DNA of 64,000 bases from Candidatus Yanofskybacteria bacterium CG10_big_fil_rev_8_21_14_0_10_36_16 (GCA_002794035.1 PCXQ01000005.1:83669-147668), one strand, 5' to 3'; counted from the first letter of the stretch, positions 39,285 through 48,650 are shown. Numbers and translations are program-made. Notes: generated from the sequence alone by a model not told the origin.

Positions 39285-39965
39285 TTATATAACGTAACGG
39301 CCGTGCTCTTGATCTTTTACAACTCTTCCCTTTTCCATTGTTATTACTCTTTTTCCTATTGTGTTAACTAATTTGCTGTCATGTGTTGCCAAGACAACAG
39401 TTGTACCAAATTCATTTATCTTCTCTAGTAATTTTAACACTTCGTAGCCGTTTACCATATCTAGGTTGCCTGTCGGCTCATCAGCCAATAAAATTTTGGG
39501 TCTGTGTATCAGAGCTCTGGCAATTGCAAGACGCTGTTTTTCACCTCCTGACATCTGGTGTGAAAAACTGTCTATTTTATTAGCCAAACCTACAATGGCT
39601 AGAACTCTGGGCACATCTTCTTCAATTTCTTCCTGAGTTGCACCTGACACCTCAAGAGCAAACGCAACATTTTCAAAAGCAGTTTTTCCATCTAGTATCT
39701 TAAAATCCTGATAAACGTTACCAATTTTTCTTCGCAATAATTGAACAGCTCCGCCCTTAATATCATTCAGATCATCTCCATCAACATAAGCATTGCCTTT
39801 TGTTGGCAACTCTTCTTTGGTTAATATTTTCATCAATGTTGTTTTACCCGCCCCTGACTGGCCTACAAGCGACACAAACTCTCCCTGCCCAATATGAAGG
39901 TTAACATTATCCAACACTACGCTGTCGGGCTCATATATTTTTGTTAGGTTATCAAATTTTATCAT
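39285..39965 (-). CDS. ftsE: Cell division ATPase FtsE
   Basis: [29 protein letters not shown]. Confidence 0.92.
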   Translation of the reverse strand: MIKFDNLTKIYEPDSVVLDNVNLHIGQGEFVSLVGQSGAGKTTLMKILTKEELPTKGNAYVDGDDLNDIKGGAVQLLRRKIGNVYQDFKILDGKTAFENVAFALEVSGATQEEIEEDVPRVLAIVGLANKIDSFSHQMSGGEKQRLAIARALIHRPKILLADEPTGNLDMVNGYEVLKLLEKINEFGTTVVLATHDSKLVNTIGKRVITMEKGRVVKDQEHGRYVI

Positions 39966-39979
39966 AAGACAAAAAATAT

Positions 39980-41050
39980 CTACTCTGTTTTTTGTATTTC
40001 TGCTTCCACAAATTCATCAAGATTGCCCTCCAGTACTTCTTCGGGCTTGTGACTCTCTATTCCTGTTCGGTGATCTTTTACTAATTTATAAGGATTTAAA
40101 ACATAAGAGCGAATTTGACTCCCCCATTCTATTTCCGTTGATGAAGCCTTGCTTAACTCTCCAAGCTCTTTAACCTTTGTCTCCTCCATTATCTTGTTAA
40201 GCTTTGAAGCCAATAACTGCATAGCTTTTTCTTTGTTTTGTGCCTGTGACCTCCCAGCCTGTACTGCAACCGAAATTCCTGTAGGTTCATGGGTTATTCT
40301 AACAGCAGTTTCTACCTTATTTACATTCTGTCCTCCGGGACCTGATGAACGAAATGTTTCAATCCTCAAATCCTTAGGGTCAATATTTATTTTAGCACTA
40401 TCCATAACAGGTAGAACATCGACAAGGGCAAAGGATGTGTGGCGTAATTTTTTAGCTGAAAAAGGAGATATCCTGACCAATCTGTGGACACCAGCTTCTC
40501 CCTTAAGATATCCATAAGCATAACGACCCCCCACCTCTACCACTGCTGTTTTTAGACCATCTTGATCACCAAAAGATCGATCAAGAATATAAAAGTCCCA
40601 TCCTTTATTTTCAGAATAATAACGATACATCTGCAAAAGCATACCTGCCCAATCCTGTGCATCTACCCCGCCTGCACCCGCATATATGTAAAGCAAGGCA
40701 TCCCCTTTGTCATATTTTCCAGACAAAAAAACCTTAGCGTAAGCCCGGTTAAATTCTACAACAAATTCCTTTACCTCATCTGCCTTTTTCTCTAACTGAG
40801 AATCATCCAAATTTAAGAATTCACCCAATTGTCCCTCTAGATTTCTCCAAAAATCATACTCTTCTTTAAGTTCATTTAATTCTTTAGATAATTTGCCTGC
40901 TCTTTGGTGGTCTTTCCAAATATCAGGCGATTGCATCTCAAGCTCAATATCATCAATCCTAGTTGAGATACCGTCAATGTCAGACATCCTGGATGCACGA
41001 AATCTATATTTTATATCTTCAATTTTTTGTCTCAAGGTATTTTCACTCAT
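39980..41050 (-). CDS. prfB: Peptide chain release factor 2 (no frameshift)
   Basis: SPF and GGQ motifs, WGSQIRSYV. Confidence 0.93.
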   Translation of the reverse strand: MSENTLRQKIEDIKYRFRASRMSDIDGISTRIDDIELEMQSPDIWKDHQRAGKLSKELNELKEEYDFWRNLEGQLGEFLNLDDSQLEKKADEVKEFVVEFNRAYAKVFLSGKYDKGDALLYIYAGAGGVDAQDWAGMLLQMYRYYSENKGWDFYILDRSFGDQDGLKTAVVEVGGRYAYGYLKGEAGVHRLVRISPFSAKKLRHTSFALVDVLPVMDSAKINIDPKDLRIETFRSSGPGGQNVNKVETAVRITHEPTGISVAVQAGRSQAQNKEKAMQLLASKLNKIMEETKVKELGELSKASSTEIEWGSQIRSYVLNPYKLVKDHRTGIESHKPEEVLEGNLDEFVEAEIQKTE

Positions 41051-41099
41051 GGTTTTACTATACTAATAATAAAGCCCCCCGCCAAGTCGGGGGGATAAA

Positions 41100-41282
41100 T
41101 TATTGTGACATGAATACTTTTTTTGGTTTGTCGCTAACCTTTACTAAAGTTGCTCCACAAAATGGATCAGCACAGGCAATCCTGAATCCTCCTCGCCTGC
41201 TTAAATGAGGATCGGGCAACTCAGTACTATCATATGTCTTTTTACATACGGTACATTTGTAAGTTCCTATTGCTACCGTCAT
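41100..41282 (-). CDS. Small zinc-finger-like protein
   Basis: CTVC...CADPFCGA; SD GGAGG. Confidence 0.6.
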   Translation of the reverse strand: MTVAIGTYKCTVCKKTYDSTELPDPHLSRRGGFRIACADPFCGATLVKVSDKPKKVFMSQ

Positions 41283-41331
41283 TTCAAACCTCCAATTTTT
41301 AATTTATCTTTTTTGATAATAACAGAAAAAA

Positions 41332-41940
41332 CTAAAATGTCAATTCAGTAAATGACGCCCCGGTAAACAACCAATAAAAACCTTGAGCAATTTGAGGAAG
41401 AATCATTACAGCAATTATTAAAGCAAAAAATATTCCAAGGAATGAAAGTTGCATCATGGCAAATCGCGCTCTGGGGAAAAAGTCCATAAGTAATTTTGAA
41501 CCATCAAGGGGTGGCACAGGAATCAAATTAAATAAGGCAAGAAATATATTAATATAAATTACCCAGCTTAATGCTAGATAAAATGGAGTCCCCTCTGCCA
41601 CAAAACGAATGAATATGCCAAACACCAAAGCGATCATAAAATTAGCTCCGGGACCGGCAAACCCAACCTTGGCAGAACCATATTTTCTATCACTCAAAAG
41701 CATCGGATTATAAGGCACGGGCTTTGCCCAGCCGATAAATCCACCGACAGTCAAAAGCAAAAGAAGCGGTATAATAACCGTGCCTAAGGGATCTATGTGC
41801 TTCAGCGGATTCAATGTTAATCTGCCTGCATATTTTGCAGTGGGGTCGCCAAGATAATTAGCCATCCATCCATGCATAAATTCATGGAAAACCGCCGAAA
41901 AAATAATCACTAGATATAGAAATATACTAAATCCGAACAT
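41332..41940 (-). CDS. Site-2 protease (M50)
   Basis: HEFMHG, NLIPVPPLDG. Confidence 0.92.
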   Translation of the reverse strand: MFGFSIFLYLVIIFSAVFHEFMHGWMANYLGDPTAKYAGRLTLNPLKHIDPLGTVIIPLLLLLTVGGFIGWAKPVPYNPMLLSDRKYGSAKVGFAGPGANFMIALVFGIFIRFVAEGTPFYLALSWVIYINIFLALFNLIPVPPLDGSKLLMDFFPRARFAMMQLSFLGIFFALIIAVMILPQIAQGFYWLFTGASFTELTF

Positions 41941-42072
41941 GCTATTGCAAAAATAACATTTTTAGTGTAGTATTACAACATCGATTCCAACTAAGAACTC
42001 CCGATGCAAAGCATTGAGGATCCTCGATAATCTAATCGAGGGACTCAAAAGATTTGTCGGGACTTCGACGAC

Positions 42073-42255
42073 GTGGCTACAAGATGTCCCCAATGCGGGA
42101 AAAAACCAATGACAGCAATTAAGCGCAAACTATTGCGTGGTAATTATAATCCAGTAAACAGGTACAAAAAGTACCCGAATTTGCAGTGGTCTATTGTAGA
42201 CGGCAAAAGAGTAAAAATCTGCACTTCCTGCATTAAAACACAAAACAAAATTTAG
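42073..42255 (+). CDS. rpmB: 50S ribosomal protein L28
   Basis: CPQCGK...PNLQ...ICTSCIKT; GTG start. Confidence 0.85.
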   Translation: MATRCPQCGKKPMTAIKRKLLRGNYNPVNRYKKYPNLQWSIVDGKRVKICTSCIKTQNKI

Positions 42256-42278
42256 ATTCTTCTTATCAAAATTAAAAA

Positions 42279-43196
42279 ATGGGAAACAGATTTGAATCAG
42301 GACCACAATTTAAACTATCGGAAGCAGAAGAAAAAACCCATGAATTGATGATACAAACAAATGAGCCCATAGATATGGGTGATTTTATTGATTTATATGG
42401 ATCAGAAACAGTTGAAAGGGACATACAATACACCGAAGAGCTCAAAAAAAAATTTAATGAACAAGATGATAAAAACCAGCGAGAAATAAAAAAACTAGCA
42501 GATTTATTTGAGGCTTTAATTTCAAACTTTGTAGAGCTTGAGGATTGGATGGGTGAAGATATATTTATGGTTAAAACATCCGAATATGATGATTATAAAA
42601 ATGGCGTAGATGTGGTAGCGGAATTTTTAAAAGATGGTAAATTTTCACATCTTGGTCTGGCTATTGATGTAACTTTTGGCAATTATTTAGATAAAAAGTT
42701 TCAAAGAATTAAGCAAGAAATTCAAGAAGGTCAATTAACAAAAGTAAAGTATTTCATGTCTGAAGGCGGTGATTTCAGAGGAGAATTAAAAAACATTCCC
42801 CGAGTTGTTTTAGCCACAGACAGAGCAACCATAAAAGAACTCTCAACATTATGGACAGATTTAACATTCTTAAAAGGTAGGCTAAAAGACAGGCGAGAAC
42901 GAGGCGGAAATGTCTCAGATATAAGAGAAAAAATTCAAGAAACAAGAGACAAATTAAAAGATCATCCGATTCAGCTTGAAATACTGCATCAAATTAGATT
43001 TCAATTAGAAAAATTTGCAGAACATGCCGAAAAAATTGGTCAGAGAGAACAATTAACTAAAAAGTACAAAGCAACTCTTGAAATAATAAACCAGATAATT
43101 GATGCTAAAAAAGATTTAGCTAACAAAATAAAAGAAGAAGGATATTCATACTCGCAATTTGATAGATTGCAAACTTTTTTAAAAGAAAATTTTTAA
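42279..43196 (+). CDS. Hypothetical protein with possible PD-(D/E)xK-like fold
   Basis: TSEYDDYKNGVDVV...LAIDVT. Confidence 0.7.
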   Translation: MGNRFESGPQFKLSEAEEKTHELMIQTNEPIDMGDFIDLYGSETVERDIQYTEELKKKFNEQDDKNQREIKKLADLFEALISNFVELEDWMGEDIFMVKTSEYDDYKNGVDVVAEFLKDGKFSHLGLAIDVTFGNYLDKKFQRIKQEIQEGQLTKVKYFMSEGGDFRGELKNIPRVVLATDRATIKELSTLWTDLTFLKGRLKDRRERGGNVSDIREKIQETRDKLKDHPIQLEILHQIRFQLEKFAEHAEKIGQREQLTKKYKATLEIINQIIDAKKDLANKIKEEGYSYSQFDRLQTFLKENF

Positions 43197-43201
43197 GAAA
43201 A

Positions 43202-43272
43202 CGGGCTGTAGTATAATGGTATTATACATGGCTGGGGGTCATGCGACCCGGGTTCAATTCCCGGCAGCCCGA
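43202..43272 (+). tRNA. tRNA-Pro(GGG)
   Basis: CGGGCTG acceptor stem, CATGG-CTGGGGG-TCATG anticodon arm, GGTTCAATTCC. Confidence 0.93.
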
Positions 43273-43368
43273 CATTTCGACGCGCAAAACGTGACGAAAT
43301 GAGCTGAGCTTGTCGAAGCTCTACTCATTTCTTGCGTTTTGCTAGCTCAATGTCTACGACTGACAACT
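43260..43368 (+). repeat. 109-bp structured direct repeat, copy 1
   Basis: Starts inside the tRNA-Pro 3' end; 2 mismatches to 43647-43755. Confidence 0.95.
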
Positions 43369-43622
43369 CATATTTTGTATATATGTTAAAAGGACCACGT
43401 GGGCATATTTACATTGGTGTAACATCAAACATAAAATCTAGAATCAAAAGACATTTAGATGGTCATGGAGCTGAATTTACAAAAAGAAATAAAACAAATC
43501 AGCTTGTATATAAAGAAGAATATCCAACACTTATCTCTGCCAGAAAAAGAGAGGCACAAATTAAAAAATGGCGAAGAGAAAAGAAAGAAAATCTTATAAA
43601 ATATGGCAAGCCGTTTAAATAA
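43350..43622 (+). CDS. Small GIY-YIG nuclease (UPF0213/YhbQ-like)
   Basis: YFVYML...IYIGVT...RIKRH...ARKREAQIKKW; the ATG lies inside repeat copy 1. Confidence 0.9.
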   Translation: MSTTDNSYFVYMLKGPRGHIYIGVTSNIKSRIKRHLDGHGAEFTKRNKTNQLVYKEEYPTLISARKREAQIKKWRREKKENLIKYGKPFK

Positions 43623-43646
43623 CCAGCTTTAAAGTTGGCTTTATCG

Positions 43647-43755
43647 CCCGGCAGCCCGACATTTCGACGCGCAAAACGTGACGAAATGAGCTGAGCTTGT
43701 CGAAGCTCTACTCATTTCTTGCGTTTTGCTTGCTCAATGTCTACGACTAACAACT
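43647..43755 (+). repeat. 109-bp structured direct repeat, copy 2
   Basis: CCCGGCAGCCCGACATTTCGACG...CAATGTCTACGACTAACAACT. Confidence 0.95.
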
Positions 43756-43793
43756 TAAAATAACAGCCCCGCTAATGCGGGGCTGTTATTTTA
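43756..43793. terminator. REP-like palindrome / terminator
   Basis: TAAAATAACAGCCCCGC-TAAT-GCGGGGCTGTTATTTTA. Confidence 0.75.
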
Positions 43794-43883
43794 AATATCA
43801 ATCTCTAAATATTTTAAACAAACCGCAAGATATCCCCACAACAATCTTAAATTAATAAGTCAATAATATGTTAATATTAAAGT

Positions 43884-44516
43884 ATGAAATTATTATCATT
43901 GCCAAAACCAAAAAATGACATATTTTTAAAATTTAACAAGCTAACTTCTATATTAGTTGAAAGCGGTTGGGAGGTTTCACTTATCCCTTCAAGTTTTCCA
44001 AATAAAATAGAAAGCCAAGCAAAAAAACTAAGGATTTTGGAAGATCGTGCTGATAGCATTACTCACGACATTATAGATGAACTAAATAAATCTTTTATCA
44101 CCCCTCTTGACCGCGAGGATTTGCATTTATTAGCTACTAGAATTGACGATGTTATAGATTATGCCGAAAACGCCGCAAGTAGTATTGTGGTATATGGCAT
44201 AAAAACTTCACGAGAACCATTGGCAGAATTCTGTTTTACCGTTTATGAAGCTTCAAAAGAAATTGCGGAAGCAGTACGAGAGTTGCGCAACTTAAAAAAT
44301 ACAGACCACATCCTAAAACACAACATTGAAATAAACACTCTAGAATCCAAGGGGGACGATCTGCTCAAAGATGGATTAAAGAAACTTTTTCAAGAAGAAG
44401 ACGACGCAAAAACGATTATAAAATGGAAGGACATATTTCAATCTTTTGAAGAATCTCTAGACAGAGCTGAAGATGTTGCCAATGTCATAGAAAGTATAAT
44501 TATTAAAAATACCTAA
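43884..44516 (+). CDS. DUF47 / Pit accessory (PhoU-like) protein
   Basis: EDRAD...FITPLDRED...DDVID; coupled to pit. Confidence 0.9.
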   Translation: MKLLSLPKPKNDIFLKFNKLTSILVESGWEVSLIPSSFPNKIESQAKKLRILEDRADSITHDIIDELNKSFITPLDREDLHLLATRIDDVIDYAENAASSIVVYGIKTSREPLAEFCFTVYEASKEIAEAVRELRNLKNTDHILKHNIEINTLESKGDDLLKDGLKKLFQEEDDAKTIIKWKDIFQSFEESLDRAEDVANVIESIIIKNT

Positions 44517-45502
44517 TGTCAGAGCTCTTACTAATTATTTTTATAGTGGCAATTGCCTGGATTTATGATTTTTATAATGGGGCAAACGATGCTGCTAATG
44601 CTATAGCTACCACTGTCTCAACAAGGACACTTTCACCAACCAAAGCTTTATTGCTTTCAGCTAGTCTTAACACTGCAGGTGCATTTGTCACTACTCGAGT
44701 AGCAAAAACAATCGGTAAAGGCATAGTTGATCCCCAGCTTCTAACTGGGGATATTTTAATATCTGCGCTTTTAGGAGCAATTGTTTGGGTAGCACTATCA
44801 ACAAAAACAGGAATGCCAGTAAGTGTAACCCATGCAATTGTAGGGGGTATTATCGGGGCAGTATTTTTGCCTTATGGATTGGGTGCAATTAAAACAGAAG
44901 GAATAACAAAAATAATCAAAGGAATAATATTTTCTCCCATCCTTGGATTTATAGTAGCTGGCATACTTTTAGTAATGATTCACCGTATTAGATGGAAAAG
45001 TCACCCGGGGAAAATACAAAGAAATTTTGGAAAAGCACAAATTATTTCTGCTTCTTGGATGTCTTTAGCACACGGAATGAATGATACTCAAAATGCGATG
45101 GGGATAATAACAGCAGCACTCTTTGCCGGAGGTTTTATATCAAAATTTGAAGTACCAATGTGGGTTATTATTGGATCAGGACTGTTTATGGGAATAGGCA
45201 CCTATGCAGGAGGCAAACATGTAATAAAAACAGTAGGGATGAAACTTTCTAAACTAAAACCCGTTCACGGTTTTGTTTCTGAAACAGCTGCTGGCGGGGT
45301 AATTGCTGGTGCAAGCTATTTGGGCATTCCAATCAGTACCACACACGCCATAACAAGCTCGATAATGGGAGCAAGCACAGCACAAAGAGTTAAAAGTGTG
45401 CGCTGGAATATTGCCAAAGATATAGCAATGGCATGGATTTTAACAATTCCAGGATCTGCTATTGCAGCTTTGATTATATATACGCTGATAAACTTGATAT
45501 AA
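44516..45502 (+). CDS. pit: Inorganic phosphate transporter (PiT)
   Basis: NGANDAANAIAT, HGMNDTQN, PISTTH. Confidence 0.92.
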   Translation: MSELLLIIFIVAIAWIYDFYNGANDAANAIATTVSTRTLSPTKALLLSASLNTAGAFVTTRVAKTIGKGIVDPQLLTGDILISALLGAIVWVALSTKTGMPVSVTHAIVGGIIGAVFLPYGLGAIKTEGITKIIKGIIFSPILGFIVAGILLVMIHRIRWKSHPGKIQRNFGKAQIISASWMSLAHGMNDTQNAMGIITAALFAGGFISKFEVPMWVIIGSGLFMGIGTYAGGKHVIKTVGMKLSKLKPVHGFVSETAAGGVIAGASYLGIPISTTHAITSSIMGASTAQRVKSVRWNIAKDIAMAWILTIPGSAIAALIIYTLINLI

Positions 45503-45571
45503 TATTTTTTATATTTAAAAATAATTAAAAACATTAAAAAACAGCCCCGCTAAGGCGGGGCTTTAAAATTA

Positions 45572-46072
45572 CTAAGCTAGCATAGATAAGTTTTTTAAAG
45601 CTTTATAAAACTTTATTGCTTTTTGGGCCATATTCAAAAAATCCCCTTTTAAATACTTGCCAACATCTTCTATCGGCACAAAAAAGGCTTCCCCAATCTC
45701 TAGATTATCTTTTAGATTAGGGTCTCCACCAAAATCCTCTACCAAGAACAAAAGGTGCAAATCCCTATGTGCAACATTTTTACTAACTTCTATAAGTCGA
45801 AACGTTTCAGCAATCAAACCAGTTTCTTCCTCTAACTCACGGGCAACTTGTTCTCCAACAGTATTGCCATAATCCAAGCCCCCACCCGGCAACGAATTAC
45901 CCGTGACAACTCCGGCTTTCTTTTTTACAAGTAAAATTTGGCCATCTTTTATTACAGCGATAAACACACCGACAAGATGCTTATGCCTTACCAGCCACCA
46001 CAAGCGCCACTTGGGCCATTCGGGCATAAAATCAACAAAAAACTGTAACATTTGAATAACCAAACCTTTCAT
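45572..46072 (-). CDS. NUDIX hydrolase
   Basis: PGGGLDYGNTVGEQVARELEEETGL. Confidence 0.85.
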   Translation of the reverse strand: MKGLVIQMLQFFVDFMPEWPKWRLWWLVRHKHLVGVFIAVIKDGQILLVKKKAGVVTGNSLPGGGLDYGNTVGEQVARELEEETGLIAETFRLIEVSKNVAHRDLHLLFLVEDFGGDPNLKDNLEIGEAFFVPIEDVGKYLKGDFLNMAQKAIKFYKALKNLSMLA

Positions 46073-46171
46073 TTTGACCACCTCTTTTGCAAAAATATTT
46101 TAAAAATCCTTATCTATAAATAACACTAATTAATAGACTTGTCAAATAATAAATCTTGTGATATACTTAGA

Positions 46172-46644
46172 ATATCCTGGTAAACGGGATGGCTACTCTT
46201 CCTACTTTTTAGAAGCAGTGAGGAGAGGAAAGTCCGAACACCCGCCATTGAGTATCAATGGCAAACGGTAGCGTAATTGGTTTTTTAAAACCGATTGTCT
46301 CAACATTTTGTTGAGAGGTAACGCCCACCGCCCGCAAGGGTCGAGGTGCGAACAGTGACGTCCGATATTTGAAAAAATTCGGATACCCGAAAGGGTAAAC
46401 TTCGTATAAGCTAGCTTGTGTAATGTTGATGCCTAAAGCATTGAAATTGCCCTAAGTGAAATCGAAGGTGAAACGGCTAAATCCTTACCGAGGTGCAAGG
46501 CCGTACCCTGTCGTTGACAGGGGGTACCGCAAAAGCCCTAAGTTGGGCTTAGATCCCGAGAGCAATCGAGGGACCAGATAAATGGTCATCATTCTGCCAT
46601 AGTCGGCAGGATACAGAATTCGGCTTACAAGTTTACCAGGATAT
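46172..46644 (+). ncRNA. rnpB: RNase P RNA
   Basis: P1 ATATCCTGGTAAAC/GTTTACCAGGATAT; GAGGAAAGTCC; GGTGAAACGG; AGATAAATG; ACAGAATTCGGCTTA. Confidence 0.95.
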
Positions 46645-46673
46645 CTAAAAACCGCCTAAAGGCGGTTTTTAGA
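46645..46673. terminator. Bidirectional terminator after rnpB
   Basis: CTAAAAACCGCC-TAAA-GGCGGTTTTTAG. Confidence 0.8.
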
Positions 46674-46701
46674 TTAAAAAAATTTATCTATAATTTTAAA
46701 A

Positions 46702-47655
46702 TTAACTGGAATAGAGATTGGAATTTTTTAATACCTCGTCCATCTCATTAAGCGTCATGATAAATTCTCTCTTTAGAAAATCTCTAAACTCCGGTGAGAA
46801 ACTTTGTTCATATACTCTTCTATACTCTGTCTCTTTCTCGTTGGATAAAGGTGTATCTGGGTCATAATTAATTCTTTTATCCAAGAATTTTTTAAGAGCA
46901 GTTATTGCCTGTTTGTGGCTCATGCCAAGCCGCCTGCGAAAAGCATAGTATTTATCTTCTAAAACCAGAATAACTTCCGGCCTATCAAACTTTTTATTAT
47001 TACCAAAATTAAAACGATAAGTACCATCTTCACCTATTATATTCCCGGGATTTACCATCTCTAATATATGATGAGAGGCAGCTGCTACAACATCCTCTCT
47101 GGGGACACCGTCTCCGGAAATTATATCATACGTCCAAAAAGCATGCTTATTATAAAAATCTTTCATGGACATATCAGAAGATAAACCCATCTCTTTAAGC
47201 AGTTTAATTTTCTCATCTATCTTTCCATCCTCAATATAAGTATTCAAAAAATCTTCAACAGTTATTGAAGGGTCTTTTATATCCTCTACTGCAAACATCG
47301 TTATTATTAAATTCTGCTGTTCAATAGTTGCATCTTTGGGGCCAGTTTTGCCAATATCTGAAAATAATGAGCCTATAGCCATAATCTTTTTATCCTCTTC
47401 ACTTAGCACTCTTTCTGGTTTTATGTTGCGATAATATTCTTCCAATAAATTTTCTCCATCAAGTGCCTTTTTTTCGTCTTCTAAAAATTTAGTTCTTTCG
47501 TCAAGCAATTTAAACCTAGCAGTAATAGCACTGTCTATCTTTTCAGGATTAAGACCTATTTCTTCATACAACTTATTGATGTCTACTTTTTCTTTTACTT
47601 CATTATTCTTTTGGGTTTTTATTTCGCCCTCAGACAAAAATTCTTTTATATCCAT
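46702..47655 (-). CDS. Hypothetical protein with degenerate HD-like domain
   Basis: FSDIGKTGP, H, SHH, EDKY (HD replaced by SD). Confidence 0.65.
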   Translation of the reverse strand: MDIKEFLSEGEIKTQKNNEVKEKVDINKLYEEIGLNPEKIDSAITARFKLLDERTKFLEDEKKALDGENLLEEYYRNIKPERVLSEEDKKIMAIGSLFSDIGKTGPKDATIEQQNLIITMFAVEDIKDPSITVEDFLNTYIEDGKIDEKIKLLKEMGLSSDMSMKDFYNKHAFWTYDIISGDGVPREDVVAAASHHILEMVNPGNIIGEDGTYRFNFGNNKKFDRPEVILVLEDKYYAFRRRLGMSHKQAITALKKFLDKRINYDPDTPLSNEKETEYRRVYEQSFSPEFRDFLKREFIMTLNEMDEVLKNSNLYSS

Positions 47656-47773
47656 TTTCTGATTTTACATCTTTTCTAAGTTTTTTTGCATGTTTACAAC
47701 TCACCAACTTATGTTTAAAAACAAAACTCCCGCTTAAGCGGGTTTGTTTATGTTTTTGGTTTTAAATTTTAAA

Positions 47774-48169
47774 TTAAAAATTTGCTACCTCCTGCCAAGA
47801 CACCACCGAAATATCACCATCATCTACAATGACCTCTATATTAGTTACTGCGTTTTGAACTGAGGCTGTTGTTTCAATCTTTTTTTCACTGCCAGCAGTT
47901 AAAATCGGTCTAACACGACAACTGTCTACACCGATGCTAAAGATTTCATCACCTACATAATTAATATCCTGAACCAACCTTAACATGGCATTTTCAGCAC
48001 AGGCTTCGGCCAGACCAGCGCTTCGCTCTTTATATTCGGAATCTAAAATATCAAATCTGCCAAAAAATCCTCTGAAACTCAGAGCAAACATAATAGCCAT
48101 CAACAAAGCTGAGATAACAATAGCTGATGTTATAGCAATGAATCCTGAATTATTTTTGTTTATGTTCAT
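47774..48169 (-). CDS. PilX-like minor pilin
   Basis: SG|FIAIT, LAEACAENA, SWQEV. Confidence 0.75.
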   Translation of the reverse strand: MNINKNNSGFIAITSAIVISALLMAIMFALSFRGFFGRFDILDSEYKERSAGLAEACAENAMLRLVQDINYVGDEIFSIGVDSCRVRPILTAGSEKKIETTASVQNAVTNIEVIVDDGDISVVSWQEVANF

Positions 48170-48170
48170 T

Positions 48171-48650
48171 TTATTTTCTTATATACCTAATTGTTTCAAA
48201 GGGATATTCTCCAACATAAAAACTCGCCTTAACTTCCCCGCTCCCCGAATCATACTCAAAACTAGAGCTTGATACCTCAATAAAATCGCTATTCAAAACA
48301 ATGTCGCCACTTCCGCCATTAATAGACAAATTTCCTGAATCAAATTTAAAAATTAAATCAGGCTCAAAAGATCCTCCATCAACCCCAATGCCCCACTTAT
48401 CTATTGTTAAAATTTGATTACTACCACTGACTATTACATTTCTTGCTCCAGATAATCCCCATTCAATTTTTCTTATTAGAAAGTTTGCTTCCGACTGCAT
48501 AACAATATTTTCAGAATTAGATTCAGTGCCCTCAATCATGTTATACGCAGCTATCAAAACCCCGCCTATTATAAATGAAACAAACAAGGTATAAAGAAGA
48601 ACCTCAATTAAAGAAAACCCCGAGTTTTTAGTATTGTGATAAGTCATCAA
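48171..48650 (-). CDS. Prepilin-type protein
   Basis: SG|FSLIEVL class III signal. Confidence 0.85.
   Translation of the reverse strand: MMTYHNTKNSGFSLIEVLLYTLFVSFIIGGVLIAAYNMIEGTESNSENIVMQSEANFLIRKIEWGLSGARNVIVSGSNQILTIDKWGIGVDGGSFEPDLIFKFDSGNLSINGGSGDIVLNSDFIEVSSSSFEYDSGSGEVKASFYVGEYPFETIRYIRK

Noticed and set aside
43260-43755. Possible CRISPR array or prophage att pair
   Set aside because: Only two 109-bp units enclosing a gene; no cas genes, integrase or phage genes
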